Counted from the stretch's first letter, positions 27,776 to 37,534 are shown. The stretch is DNA of 64,000 nucleotides from an uncultured bacterium (GCA_913053845.1 CAJXGD010000005.1:2239-66238); one strand, 5' to 3'. The notes: generated by a model from the letters alone, not told the origin. Program-made: numbers and translations.

Positions 27776-30559
27776 CTAAAAAGAGCCGGACCAGCGCAGA
27801 TAGAGCTGCGGGCCGGGCTGCCCCAGCCCCTGAGCCAGCCCCAAGCGCAAGCTGAGCGGCAGAGAGCGCTCTAAAATGAATCCCAGGCGCAGTTCGCCCC
27901 CCCAACTGACCCTCAGCCGGCTTAGATCGATCCGGTCGGCGGCGCTGCCGACGGTCAAGAAAAGCGCACCGGAGAGTTTGTCCAGGAACAGTGGCCAGAG
28001 ACCCAGACCACGCTCGATGGCCAGCAGCGGGAAGCTGTATTCCAGCTTGCCCCAGAGCAACTGCTTTCCCCTCAGCAACCCCGAAGGAAAGCCGGGCAAG
28101 GCATAAGGACCGTCGGTGCCACCCAGTTGAAAAGCCCCGGGCAGGTCGCTCCAGCCGGCCACCAAGTGTGTAATCAGCGCCTGCCGGGGCATGCCAGGCA
28201 GGCGCACCTGCTCCTGCCAATCCAACAGAACCCGGCGTGCCGCCGTTTGCACCCCGGAGCCGGTCGCCCGGGACCAGCCCCATTGGCCGGAGAGCGAGAT
28301 ATTCACCGAGTCGCGCCACAGGCCCAGCCCCTGCTGGGCCGAGTATTTCCAAGAGCCGAAGAGTTGCTGCTGGCTCTCTCCTGGTGAAGTGGAGCGGCGA
28401 TAGCCCAACTTCACCGTCTGGCGCCTGGTCAGCTCCACGACTAGGGGCCAGCTCAGCGCCAGCGAGGTATGGCTGCTGAGCAGATCGCCGCCGGCCTGCA
28501 AAGCCAACGTGGCTCCCAGTTGGGAGTTGAGGTAGCTCAGCTCGAAGAAGGGCGATGCCCGCCGCCAGGCGTAGCCGAGCTGCAAGCGGAAGCGTTGCTC
28601 ATCCAGCGCATCTTGGCCCCAGGTGAAGAGGCCCAGCCGACCGGCCGCCGGATCGAGCCAGGGCAGCCAGAGCTTGGGCAATAGCGAGGGGATCGGATTG
28701 TAGGGCCGGATAGGCCAGGATAGCTGGGGATAGCCGGGCCAAGGGGAGATATGCTCATAGTGCTGCTCCACCGGCGTCCAAGATTGAGGATCATAGGGCA
28801 TGAGGCGCAGATCATAGCCGGAGGCCGAATAAGCCACGAAGGCGATGTTCACCCCGTCGGGGGAGACGGCCGGAGCGAAGGCCCCGCCAAAGGAGCGGGT
28901 CACCCGGAAGAGCCGGGCGTCGGCAATCCGATAGGCATAGAGATCATAGCCGCCAGACCGATCGGAGCTGAAGAGCACGTAGCGCCCGTCGGCCGAAAAA
29001 CTGGGGTCCAGATCGGTGGCCCGGTCGCGGGTCGCCGACCAGAGCAGGCGGCCGTCCCTGCTGAGCAGATAGATATCTTGATAGCCACCCCACTGCCAGA
29101 GGGAGAGGGCGATCGTCTGACCATCGGGCGAGATGGCCAGGGACTCGATGGTAGCCTGGCCACCCAGTTCGAGCAGGATCTGGCGACTATGGCTCACCAG
29201 ATCATAGACGATCAGTGAGCTGCCCGGCCCGGCTTGCCCGGGCAGATAGCTATCATCGTCGCGGGCGATCAGCAGATGCCGTCCGTCGGGGAAAGGAGCC
29301 ACGGCGTAGGCCCGCTCGCCGGTGGTCAGTCGTCTCTCCTGCCGGGTGACCAGATCATAGCTATAGAGATCATAGAAAAGATAGTAGCGCTTAAAGATAC
29401 CCAGCTTGGGATAAATCAGGGTAGGGTGAGCCTGGTGCGGCAACCAGGCGGGCGCCGCGAACCTGCCGGATAGCAGGGCTATATCATGCTGGCCTGCCGA
29501 GTCCACCAGGCGCAGGCCGGCAGTCCGTGCCGGGTCGCTGTGCCGATAGACCAGCGTTTTCCCATCCGGTGACCAGGCCGGCGCCCCGCTCCAGTGACCC
29601 AGATGGGTCAGCGCCCGACTGGGCGTCTCGCCGCCCGCTGCTTGCAGCGCTCGCCGAAAGGCCTTCATCTGGGCTTCACTCCAGTCCTGAAAGCCTCGAT
29701 AGAGCTTTTCTGGCTTGACGCCGGTCACACCTCTCAGAGCCTGGCCGAAGTCGCTCAAGAAGCCCAGGGAGAGCAGGGCGGGCAGGTTCTCGGCTTGGGC
29801 CGTGTCCAGGCGGGCCAAGCTGTCCCGCCCGTAGCGTTCGCCCAGATAGCGCAGCAGCCAAGGGCCCAGATCTTGGGCGAGGATGTCGGACGGGGGCCAC
29901 TCCTGCCGGCGATAATATGTCCCCAGTTGGGCCAGCGTCGGCCAGCGGCCCGATTGGGTCAGCAGGCGCAGGATCATCGCCGTGCGCGGATCATCGGCGC
30001 GCGAGTGGCCAGATTTCAGAAAAACCCCATAGTCGGGGATGCCCTCGCGCCAGACGGTGGGTTTGAAGGCGTTGGGCGCTACGATCGAGCCGAAGACGGC
30101 CCTAAGATAGCGGGCGAAGCCCTGAACGCCACTTAGATCAACGATGTGGCCGTACTCCAGGGTGATCAGCCGCTCCGGCCAAGCGGAGAAGCGGGAGCCC
30201 GTCCGGCGGCTCGCGTCCCAGGCGGCCAGGTAGATTACGATGGTGTTGCCAGGCAGGATGCTAGCGTAGCCGGCGCTAAAATCGCTGGCATCGGCCAGCA
30301 CGATATTGGTCCTGCCCGGCGGCACATAGGCCAGCTCAGCGGTCCAGAATTTATAAGCCCTCTCGGCGATCTGAGCCGCCTCGCGCGCCGGGCCGGCCAG
30401 GCCGGTGTGATAGCTGACCCAGAAGTGCGGCGTCTCCAGCGTCTGCCAGGAGAGCTGGGGATCGAAGGGCAGCGGCTGCGCCTGAGAGGCCAGGGCGATG
30501 AGCAGCAGGCCGACCAATGCCAAGCCCATCCCTCGGAGCAGCTGCTTGTAAGAGCGCAT
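27776..30559 (-). CDS. Paralog of the HExxH-PD40-barrel protein with a degenerate peptidase motif (cassette 2)
   Basis: Start placed at ATG 30559 (MRSYKQLLRGMGLALVGLLLIALASQAQP), preceded by a GGAGGAGG RBS. The longer ORF reaching 30850 is Arg/Gly-rich read-through. About 35 % identity to cassette 1 over the N-terminal domain. Same PD40 repeats and barrel end …YLRWSGSF. The HExxH position reads LEYGH. Confidence 0.7.
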   Translation of the reverse strand: MRSYKQLLRGMGLALVGLLLIALASQAQPLPFDPQLSWQTLETPHFWVSYHTGLAGPAREAAQIAERAYKFWTAELAYVPPGRTNIVLADASDFSAGYASILPGNTIVIYLAAWDASRRTGSRFSAWPERLITLEYGHIVDLSGVQGFARYLRAVFGSIVAPNAFKPTVWREGIPDYGVFLKSGHSRADDPRTAMILRLLTQSGRWPTLAQLGTYYRRQEWPPSDILAQDLGPWLLRYLGERYGRDSLARLDTAQAENLPALLSLGFLSDFGQALRGVTGVKPEKLYRGFQDWSEAQMKAFRRALQAAGGETPSRALTHLGHWSGAPAWSPDGKTLVYRHSDPARTAGLRLVDSAGQHDIALLSGRFAAPAWLPHQAHPTLIYPKLGIFKRYYLFYDLYSYDLVTRQERRLTTGERAYAVAPFPDGRHLLIARDDDSYLPGQAGPGSSLIVYDLVSHSRQILLELGGQATIESLAISPDGQTIALSLWQWGGYQDIYLLSRDGRLLWSATRDRATDLDPSFSADGRYVLFSSDRSGGYDLYAYRIADARLFRVTRSFGGAFAPAVSPDGVNIAFVAYSASGYDLRLMPYDPQSWTPVEQHYEHISPWPGYPQLSWPIRPYNPIPSLLPKLWLPWLDPAAGRLGLFTWGQDALDEQRFRLQLGYAWRRASPFFELSYLNSQLGATLALQAGGDLLSSHTSLALSWPLVVELTRRQTVKLGYRRSTSPGESQQQLFGSWKYSAQQGLGLWRDSVNISLSGQWGWSRATGSGVQTAARRVLLDWQEQVRLPGMPRQALITHLVAGWSDLPGAFQLGGTDGPYALPGFPSGLLRGKQLLWGKLEYSFPLLAIERGLGLWPLFLDKLSGALFLTVGSAADRIDLSRLRVSWGGELRLGFILERSLPLSLRLGLAQGLGQPGPQLYLRWSGSF

Positions 30560-30588
30560 CAAAAACCTCCTCCCCCTGCAAGATATTG

Positions 30589-31623
30589 CTAGAAATTTAA
30601 CAGTGCACCGCTCAGATGCAACCGCGGCCGGCCCGCGGCGTTGAAGGCCGCGTCCAGCCGCAGGTCCAGATCGGGAAAGAGCAGCGCGACCCCCCAGCCA
30701 AAGAGCACCCCGCCCTGCGCGACGCCGTCCAGCCACACCTCTCCACCCTCGAAGAAGAGCGCCCCCTGCGTGCGCAACAGTACCGGCACCCGCCCCAAGG
30801 GCAACCCCAACAGCCGCGAGAGATCTATCGCGGCAAAGTGAATCGTCCAAAGATCAAAGCGCCGCTCCAGCGAGGCCACCAGGATGCGATCGCCCTGCAA
30901 GGTGGCCGGATAACTGCGCAGGCTAAAGCGGAAACGCAGGTCGGCCAAGCCGGCCGGGTTGGCCAATCGGCCCAGTTGCAGCCGGACGGTAGTGTGGCCC
31001 AGCTCAAGCTGGGCTGAGCCCAACAGCGTGCGGAAGTACTCCGCCGGCGGAGCCGCAAGCCGCCACCCCAGCAGTGCCTCCCCCTGGAGCCGCAACCTCG
31101 CACCCAGCGGCAGTGTCCATTGAAACTGTCTGTTAAGCTGCAGATAACCTACGGCAGGAGCCTGGGCCTCGCGGGGGGTCGGCCAGAGCGTGCCGTAGAA
31201 GCCGTTCAAGGAAACCCCTTGCCACTCCAGGCCCAGGTGCAGGCCTCGTTCACCTTCGCGTCCCAACACCAGGCTGCCTGGCCAATCGCGGTACCCCAAT
31301 GAGAGCAAAGAGGCGATGCTCAAGCTATAGCGATAGTAGATCGCCCGACTGCCGAAGCCATAGATGGCACCCAGGCCGGGCTCCCAGTTGAGGTCACCCA
31401 GGACCACGCTGAGGCGCAACTCGCAGCCGAGCAGCAGTCCATCGCGGCTGGTCTGCGAGATCAGGGGGCAGCGCCAATGGGGGGTGGCTTTGCGCGGCGC
31501 GCTCTGCACCGCGGGCGCATTTTGGGCGACCAAAGTGGGCGACCAGCCCCAGAGCAATGCCAGGAGCGCCAGGCCGACTATCCAGCCCTTCTTACCTCCA
31601 CAAACTCCCCCCGCTGCAAACAA
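30589..31623 (-). CDS. Putative outer-membrane beta-barrel protein (cassette 2 partner, paralog of 25955-27001)
   Basis: 344 aa with a signal peptide and a C-terminus LSGALLNF. Shares blocks with the cassette-1 OMP (NWEPG, LERRF). Its stop lies 29 nt upstream of the ATG at 30559. Confidence 0.55.
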   Translation of the reverse strand: MFAAGGVCGGKKGWIVGLALLALLWGWSPTLVAQNAPAVQSAPRKATPHWRCPLISQTSRDGLLLGCELRLSVVLGDLNWEPGLGAIYGFGSRAIYYRYSLSIASLLSLGYRDWPGSLVLGREGERGLHLGLEWQGVSLNGFYGTLWPTPREAQAPAVGYLQLNRQFQWTLPLGARLRLQGEALLGWRLAAPPAEYFRTLLGSAQLELGHTTVRLQLGRLANPAGLADLRFRFSLRSYPATLQGDRILVASLERRFDLWTIHFAAIDLSRLLGLPLGRVPVLLRTQGALFFEGGEVWLDGVAQGGVLFGWGVALLFPDLDLRLDAAFNAAGRPRLHLSGALLNF

Positions 31624-31701
31624 TCGCGTTCCTCCTTACGAGCAGGTTCTTATTCTAGGGAACAGGCTCCGGGGGGGCAAGCGGCTCGCGGTTGGCCGGC
31701 G

Positions 31702-32511
31702 TTAGGATTTGCCGAGTTGGTCGGGCAGGAAGAGCTGGTCGGGCAGCTCTTTGATCTCAACCTGGAGCACCGTAAGCTGGGTGACCGAGCCCTGATACAA
31801 GAGATTTTCGATCTCTTGCCGGCGCAGATACTGGTCATCGCCCTGCCTGGCGTACTCCTGATAGAGCACCCGGTCTAACGGCTGGCCGGAGAGGGCGAAG
31901 AGCTCAGCTTGAATAGGCTGAAAACTATTGGGCTTGACCCAGAGGGTGACCTGCTGGAAGGCCACGGAGGGATCGGTGGCGATCAGGCTGAGGGCCAGGG
32001 CCGGTTGGTCATTGAGCGAGGTTTCCTTCTTGGCCTTGATTACATAATTTCCGGCGAAGCGGATTCCGGCCGTCTCGGCCACACTGGAATCACCGAAGAC
32101 GGTGGTCGAGCCGGCGGAGACCTTGAGCGGTTGGCCAGGCAGCAGGTTGGGGCCCCAGAAGAAGCTGCAAGATTTATCGCCCTGGCACAGCTTTTTGTTC
32201 TGCACGGTGAGAAAAATCTGGCCCTGCATACTGGCCGGCTTGAGGAACTCGATGCGGGTGCGAAAGCCGTCACCACCATCGCCAGGGAATTTCTTGAAGA
32301 GGGTGCGCACGGTGGCCTGTTGAGGGCCGCTGGGCCGCTGGGCGGTGATCTCGACCGTCATAGCAAAAGAATCTGCTTCTAGGGTGCGCGCCCGGTCGGC
32401 GGCCTGGAGTATCTGCTCATCGGAGACGCCTTCGGACAGTGACCAGGCTCCGAATGGCCCGAGGAGCACCAGCAGGGACAGAATAAAAAAAACACGCTTG
32501 GCCAGTTTCAT
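31702..32511 (-). CDS. LolA-like outer-membrane lipoprotein-sorting/carrier family protein
   Basis: 269 aa with a signal peptide (…GAWS-LSEG). Size and beta-rich composition fit the LolA-like fold. The start overlaps the ABC ATPase stop. Confidence 0.55.
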   Translation of the reverse strand: MKLAKRVFFILSLLVLLGPFGAWSLSEGVSDEQILQAADRARTLEADSFAMTVEITAQRPSGPQQATVRTLFKKFPGDGGDGFRTRIEFLKPASMQGQIFLTVQNKKLCQGDKSCSFFWGPNLLPGQPLKVSAGSTTVFGDSSVAETAGIRFAGNYVIKAKKETSLNDQPALALSLIATDPSVAFQQVTLWVKPNSFQPIQAELFALSGQPLDRVLYQEYARQGDDQYLRRQEIENLLYQGSVTQLTVLQVEIKELPDQLFLPDQLGKS

Positions 32512-33230
32512 TAGGCCTCCTCTGCAGCCAGATACTCCTGAGCCGGGGGGGAAGTTTCACCCGGCTGCTGCAAGCGGCCGTCGAGAATCTTCACCGCCCG
32601 CTCGGCATAGGCGCTGATGGCCGGATCGTGGGTCACCAGGACCACGGCCACCTGATGCTCCCGATTGAGGCGCTGCATGATGGCCATCACCTTCTGGCCC
32701 GTCTCCGAATCCAGGTTGCCGGTGGGCTCATCGGCCAAGACCAGCCGGGGCCGGGCCACCAGGGCGCGGGCCAAGGCCACCCGCTGCTTCTCTCCGCCGG
32801 AGAGCTCATCGGGGCGGCGCCCGGCTAGCCGGCCCAATCCGACCTCTTCCAGGAGCCCCATCACCCGGCTGCGGCGCTCCTTGCGAGGGATGCGCTGCAA
32901 GAGCAAGGGATATTCCACGTTCTCGTAGGCCGAGAGCACCGGGATCAAGTTGAAAGCCTGGAAGACCAGGCCGATCATATCCCGCCGCAGCTCAGCCAGT
33001 CGAGCTGAGGAAAGGTTGTTCACCCCGTGTCCCTCGATCAGCACCTCGCCTGAGGTTGGCTCGTCTATGCAGGCGATCAAATTGAGAAAGGTCGTCTTGC
33101 CTGAGCCGGAAGGACCGTTGAGGGCCACGAAATCGCCCTGTTCCAACTGAAAGTCTATCCCGCGCAAGGCGTGGACCATCTCTTTGCCGGCCCGATAATC
33201 TTTGGTGAGCGCCTTGGTCTCTAAGAGCAT
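32511..33230 (-). CDS. ABC transporter ATP-binding protein, LolD/MacB/FtsE type
   Basis: Walker [10 protein letters not shown]. Signature [15 protein letters not shown]. Walker [13 protein letters not shown]. Start placed at the Met of [12 protein letters not shown] (about 33230). The ORF upstream of it has no SD sequence. Confidence 0.8.
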   Translation of the reverse strand: MLLETKALTKDYRAGKEMVHALRGIDFQLEQGDFVALNGPSGSGKTTFLNLIACIDEPTSGEVLIEGHGVNNLSSARLAELRRDMIGLVFQAFNLIPVLSAYENVEYPLLLQRIPRKERRSRVMGLLEEVGLGRLAGRRPDELSGGEKQRVALARALVARPRLVLADEPTGNLDSETGQKVMAIMQRLNREHQVAVVLVTHDPAISAYAERAVKILDGRLQQPGETSPPAQEYLAAEEA

Positions 33231-33700
33231 CTTCGTCTCTTTATATGCTCTGATCATGGGGCTGTCAACCGACGGGCTTGAAGCCCAACTGTTCCAGCAG
33301 AGCTTCGGCCTGCGGTTATCAACCGTCCTGAGCTGTGAGCACGATATCTCTATGGGCATGGAGAGTATACCTTACGGCAAACCGACTTATGTTGCTCACG
33401 CGTATCCCTCGCCGCGAGAGGTCTGGACTAACTCCGCATAGTCTATCGGCCCACGCGGAAGGTAGTCTGTCACCTAGCAAGGTTTCCGCCTTCTCGCCTC
33501 CAGGTGTTTGATATGCGCATAGTAGCGCTGCTGATTGGCATTATGATCCAGTATAGCGGCCGCCCGGCCGGCGATGCCAATTCTGAGCCTAGGTGGGAGA
33601 GGAAGGCTTGACGATCCCTAGCGTCTTATCGGGGCACGACCGTCCGAAGTTGAAAGAGAAAAGCCCGCTTCTATTACGGGTTGTTCGCTCGCGATCCGGC

Positions 33701-33729
33701 TTGTCAACGAGGGTGACTGGTGCTATATT
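33701..33729 (+). promoter_or_regulatory. Putative promoter of tRNA-Pro (TTGTCA-N17-TATATT)
   Basis: TTGTCA at 33701-06, 17-nt spacer, TATATT at 33724-29, about 47 nt before the tRNA 5' end. Confidence 0.4.
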
Positions 33730-33775
33730 GAAGTCCCCAGTAGGCAGAGCAGCAGCTTGCTGAAAAGTAGTCAAA

Positions 33776-33852
33776 CGGGACGTGGCGCAGCCTGGTAGCG
33801 CACTGGTCTGGGGGACCAGGGGTCACCGGTTCAAATCCGGTCGTCCCGACCA
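33776..33852 (+). tRNA. tRNA-Pro (anticodon GGG)
   Basis: CGGGACGTGGCGCAGCCTGGTAGCGCACTGGTCTGGGGGACCAGGGGTCACCGGTTCAAATCCGGTCGTCCCGACCA. 7-bp acceptor stem, anticodon loop CTGGGGG, CCA encoded. Confidence 0.85.
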
Positions 33853-33925
33853 CAAGCGGAGGGGGAGGCTCGCAGGCCACCCCCTATATCAGAGCAGATC
33901 GCCCTACCTGAGTAAGGAGGATCGC

Positions 33926-34609
33926 TTGACCCAAATTACCTTCATCGGTCACGCCGCCATCGAGATAGAGAGCGGTGGGGTTTCCATCCTGATCGACCCG
34001 TTCATCAGCCAGAATCCGGCCGCCGTGCAGCAGCCGGAGGATTTTAAGCCTCAGGCCATCCTGCTCAGCCATGGCCACTTCGATCACCTGGGCGATGCCG
34101 TCCAGTTGGCCAAGACCCACCGCTGTCCGATCATCGCCATCTTCGAGCTGGCCAACTACTGCCAGGCCCAAGGTGCTCCGGCCGTCGAGGGGCTCAATAT
34201 CGGCGGCCCGCGCCGCTTCGACTTCGGCCAGTTGACGCTTACCCCGGCCTTCCACAGCTCCAGCAGCCCCGAGGGCCAATATCTGGGTCAGCCCTGTGGC
34301 CTGCTGCTCCAGACCAACGAAGGCCAGCGCATCTACCATGCCGGCGATACCTCGCTCTTCAGCGATATGGCCCTCATCGGACGGGGCGGGCTGGATCTGG
34401 CACTCTTGCCCATCGGCAGCACCTACACCATGGACCCAGCGGCCGCCCTGGAGGCGGTTAAGCTACTCCAACCTAAGCGAGTTATTCCCATTCATTATAA
34501 TACTTTTCCTGCGATCGAGCAAGATGCCACCGCCTTCAAGCGGGCGGTGGAGTCGGCCACCGAGAGCCAGGTCATCGTCCTGCAACCGGGAGAGCATTAC
34601 GATTGGTAG
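33926..34609 (+). CDS. MBL-fold metal-dependent hydrolase (UPF0173 family)
   Basis: TTG start at 33926, five nt after an AAGGAGGA RBS. LTQITFIGHAAIEIESGG…LLSHGHFDHLGD. The longer ORF from 33782 overlaps the tRNA and is not used. Confidence 0.75.
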   Translation: MTQITFIGHAAIEIESGGVSILIDPFISQNPAAVQQPEDFKPQAILLSHGHFDHLGDAVQLAKTHRCPIIAIFELANYCQAQGAPAVEGLNIGGPRRFDFGQLTLTPAFHSSSSPEGQYLGQPCGLLLQTNEGQRIYHAGDTSLFSDMALIGRGGLDLALLPIGSTYTMDPAAALEAVKLLQPKRVIPIHYNTFPAIEQDATAFKRAVESATESQVIVLQPGEHYDW

Positions 34610-34687
34610 ACCAGCGATATTCTGCCGTCTGAATCAAGCTGAAGCTTAGCGGCAGCAGCAGCATTTTAAGGGGGGGTTATAGAGCAG

Positions 34688-37036
34688 ATGGCTCAGCACC
34701 AGGTCAAGACCCAGCGGATCAGGCCCGAAGAGGAGACCAGCGAGTTTTTCGGGGGGGATGAGCTACGGGTGCGCGTCTTTCTCGACAAGTACGCCCTGCG
34801 CGATCTGGAGGGGCAGATAGTGGAAAGCAGGCCCGACCAGATGTGGCAGCGGGTGGCCCGTGAGATCGCCTCGGTCGAGCCGGACAAGGCTCAGCGAGCC
34901 GAATGGCGCAAGAGGTTCAATTGGCTGCTGGAAGATTTCCGCTTCATCCCCGGGGGCCGGATCATGTTCGGAGCCGGCCAGCCACGCCGCGCGACCCTCT
35001 TGAACTGCTACGTGATTCCCATCCAAGAGGATTCACTAGAAGGTATCTTCGGATGGTGCAAGGAGGCCGCGCGCACCTACTCTTATGGCGGTGGCGTCGG
35101 CACAGATATAAGTGCTTTGCGCCCTAAGGGTGCCCCGGTCAACAATTCGGCCATCCATTCCACCGGTTCGGTCTCTTTCATGGACCTCTTCTCCACCACG
35201 ACCGGGACGATCGGGCAATCAGGCCGCAGGGGAGCACTGATGATCACCCTGCGGATCGATCATCCCGATGTGCTCGACTTCATCGAGATCAAGAACGATC
35301 CCGCCCGTAGCAAGGTGCAGTATGCCAACATCAGCCTACGCTTGACCGATGAGTTCATGCACGCAGTCGAGGCCGACCGGGATTACACCCTGCACTACGA
35401 GAACGAGATCGTCGGTCGCATCGAGAGAGAGATCAATGCCCGTAAGGTTTGGGACAGGTTAATTAAAAATGCCCACGCCTCGGCCGAGCCTGGCCTGATC
35501 TTCTGGGACAACGTCAAAAAATACTCTACGACCGAGTACAATGGCATGAATGTAGTCACGACCAACCCATGCTCTGAGATTCCACTTGAGAATTACGGGT
35601 GTTGCTGCTTGGGAAATATTAATTTATCCCAGTTCGTCAAGCAGGAGTACAGCGGTGAGAGCCAGGTCAACTGGCAGCAGTTGGAACAGGCGCTGCGCTA
35701 TGCCGGCCGCTTCTTGGACGATGTGCTCGACTATAATAGCGAAAAGCACCCCCTGCCGCAGCAGAAGGCAACCTCGCTCAACTCAAGGCGCATCGGGGTA
35801 GGCTTCACTGGCTTCGGCGATATGTTAGTCAAATTGGGTTATAAGTACGACAGCGAGGAGGCCATCAGCTTCACCGACAAACTCTTCGACCGGATCAAGA
35901 ACATCGTCTATCAGGCGAGTTGCGCGCTGGCCGGTGAGAAAGGGACCTTCCCCGCTTATGACCAAGAAAAGCACCTAAAGAGCCCCTTCATCCAGGGGTT
36001 AAGCCCCGAGACCCGGCAGCAGATCGCCGAGCGAGGCTTGCGCAATGCCGCGCTGCTCACCGTACCGCCGGTGGGTTCGGGGTCGGTGCTGGCCGGCACC
36101 AGCTCTGGCATCGAGCCGATCTTCTCGCTCAGTTATGTGCGCAAATCCAAGTCGCTGAGCAAGGGTGAGTTCCACGTCTATCATCCACTGGTGCACGACT
36201 ATCTACAACGTAAGGGGTTGGAATCCACCGCTAAGCTGCCGGAGATCTTCGTCACCGCGCACCAGATCGACCCGGAGTTTCGCGTGCGCATGCAGGCCAC
36301 CATCCAACGGCACATAGATCATGCCATTTCCAGCACCTTGAATCTCCCACGGGAGATTACCCCCGAGGAGGTCGGCCGGATCTATCTGCGGGCTTGGCAG
36401 TTGGGCTGTAAGGGGATCACCGTCTATCGCGAGGGCTCGCGGGAGGGCATCCTGCTCACCGAGAAGGAGGCGCTGGCCGCGCGGCGCGGCACCCGCGCCC
36501 CCCGTCCCCGACCACAAGTCACCAGGGGCAAGACCTTCAAGATGAAGACCGAGATGGGCAATATGTACGTGACTGTCAACGAGGATGAGCGTGGCATGTT
36601 CGAGCTCTTCGCCAACCTGGGTAAGTCTGGCTCTTCGGCGATGGCCTTCACCGAGGCGATCGGGCGCTTGATCTCGCTGGCCCTACGCTCCGGGGTCAAG
36701 CCCACGGCGATCATAGATGAGCTGAGCCTGATCCGCGGACTGCGCCCAGTGATTCAGACTGATGGGGTGGTCGTCTTCTCCGTCCCTGACGCCATCGCCA
36801 AGGCCATGGAGGCCTATCTGCGCGGTGGTCAGCAGCTGGCCCTGCTCGATGAAGTAGGCGCACGACATGCCTCACCCCTGGTCGGCACCGCCCCCGCCCT
36901 GGCGCTGCGGGAGACGACCAGCAACGGCCACCAGCAGCAGCGCGGCACCGAGCTATGCCCCCACTGCGGCGGGCTGCTGATCTTCACCAATGGCTGTTAT
37001 GTCTGCAACGATTGCGGCTTTTCCGAATGTGACTAG
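34688..37036 (+). CDS. nrdJ: Adenosylcobalamin-dependent ribonucleoside-diphosphate reductase (class II)
   Basis: 782 aa. FIPGGRIMFGAG…LNCYV…SYGGGVGTDISALRP. C-terminal zinc ribbon CPHCGG…CNDCGFSEC. Confidence 0.9.
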   Translation: MAQHQVKTQRIRPEEETSEFFGGDELRVRVFLDKYALRDLEGQIVESRPDQMWQRVAREIASVEPDKAQRAEWRKRFNWLLEDFRFIPGGRIMFGAGQPRRATLLNCYVIPIQEDSLEGIFGWCKEAARTYSYGGGVGTDISALRPKGAPVNNSAIHSTGSVSFMDLFSTTTGTIGQSGRRGALMITLRIDHPDVLDFIEIKNDPARSKVQYANISLRLTDEFMHAVEADRDYTLHYENEIVGRIEREINARKVWDRLIKNAHASAEPGLIFWDNVKKYSTTEYNGMNVVTTNPCSEIPLENYGCCCLGNINLSQFVKQEYSGESQVNWQQLEQALRYAGRFLDDVLDYNSEKHPLPQQKATSLNSRRIGVGFTGFGDMLVKLGYKYDSEEAISFTDKLFDRIKNIVYQASCALAGEKGTFPAYDQEKHLKSPFIQGLSPETRQQIAERGLRNAALLTVPPVGSGSVLAGTSSGIEPIFSLSYVRKSKSLSKGEFHVYHPLVHDYLQRKGLESTAKLPEIFVTAHQIDPEFRVRMQATIQRHIDHAISSTLNLPREITPEEVGRIYLRAWQLGCKGITVYREGSREGILLTEKEALAARRGTRAPRPRPQVTRGKTFKMKTEMGNMYVTVNEDERGMFELFANLGKSGSSAMAFTEAIGRLISLALRSGVKPTAIIDELSLIRGLRPVIQTDGVVVFSVPDAIAKAMEAYLRGGQQLALLDEVGARHASPLVGTAPALALRETTSNGHQQQRGTELCPHCGGLLIFTNGCYVCNDCGFSECD

Positions 37037-37095
37037 CAATCTGCGTTTAAATCGGGGTTTGAAGCTCCACTATTTTCTGTACCTTGCAAGAGGCC

Positions 37096-37124
37096 TTGAC
37101 AAAAGGCCTGTCCAGGTGTATAAT
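37096..37124 (+). promoter_or_regulatory. Consensus sigma70-type promoter of hup (TTGACA-N17-TATAAT)
   Basis: TTGACA at 37096-37101, 17-nt spacer, TATAAT at 37119-37124, 36 nt upstream of the hup ATG. Confidence 0.5.
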
Positions 37125-37159
37125 CTGGTCAACTTATCAGCAAGGGAGTGGAGTTTTCT

Positions 37160-37483
37160 ATGAACAAGGAAGATCTGATCGTACAGTGGGCCAAAAAGAC
37201 CGGCCTGACCAAAAAAGACTCTAAGGAAGCGCTGGAGTCGTTGACCAGCCTGATCACCGATACGCTCAGCCGAGGTGAAGAGGTGCGAATCACCGGCTTT
37301 GGCAAGTTCAGCCCGCGGGGTCGCAAGAGCAGCATGCGCATCAACCCCCAGACCCGACAGCGCATGCGAGTGGCGGCACGAGTGGTGCCCACCTTCAAGC
37401 CTGGAAAGAACCTGCGCGAGCAGTTGGAGAGCCGACTGACCGCTGTAGAGTCCAGCGGGAAAGTGCGAGTGAAACGGCGCTAA
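37160..37483 (+). CDS. hup: HU-family DNA-binding protein with a short basic C-terminal extension
   Basis: MNKEDLIVQWAKKTGLTKKDSKEALESL…ITGFGKFSPRGRK…RVVPTFKPGKNL. Start placed at the internal ATG 37160, after a GGGAG RBS. Confidence 0.85.
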   Translation: MNKEDLIVQWAKKTGLTKKDSKEALESLTSLITDTLSRGEEVRITGFGKFSPRGRKSSMRINPQTRQRMRVAARVVPTFKPGKNLREQLESRLTAVESSGKVRVKRR

Positions 37484-37534
37484 GCGCATCCTGACCATAC
37501 AGACTATCCCAACCCAACCAACCAGCCTACCAGA

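Noticed and set aside
30560-30850. N-terminal 97 codons of the 1024-aa ORF upstream of MRSYKQ…
   Set aside because: Arg/Gly/Ala-rich with no SD. It overlaps the cassette-2 OMP gene. A strong GGAGGAGG RBS precedes the internal ATG 30559, which begins a normal signal peptide.
33360-33700. Possible ncRNA in the 415-bp intergenic region upstream of tRNA-Pro
   Set aside because: No convincing conserved structure or terminator recognised. It is better explained as the divergent promoter region of the ABC operon and tRNA-Pro.
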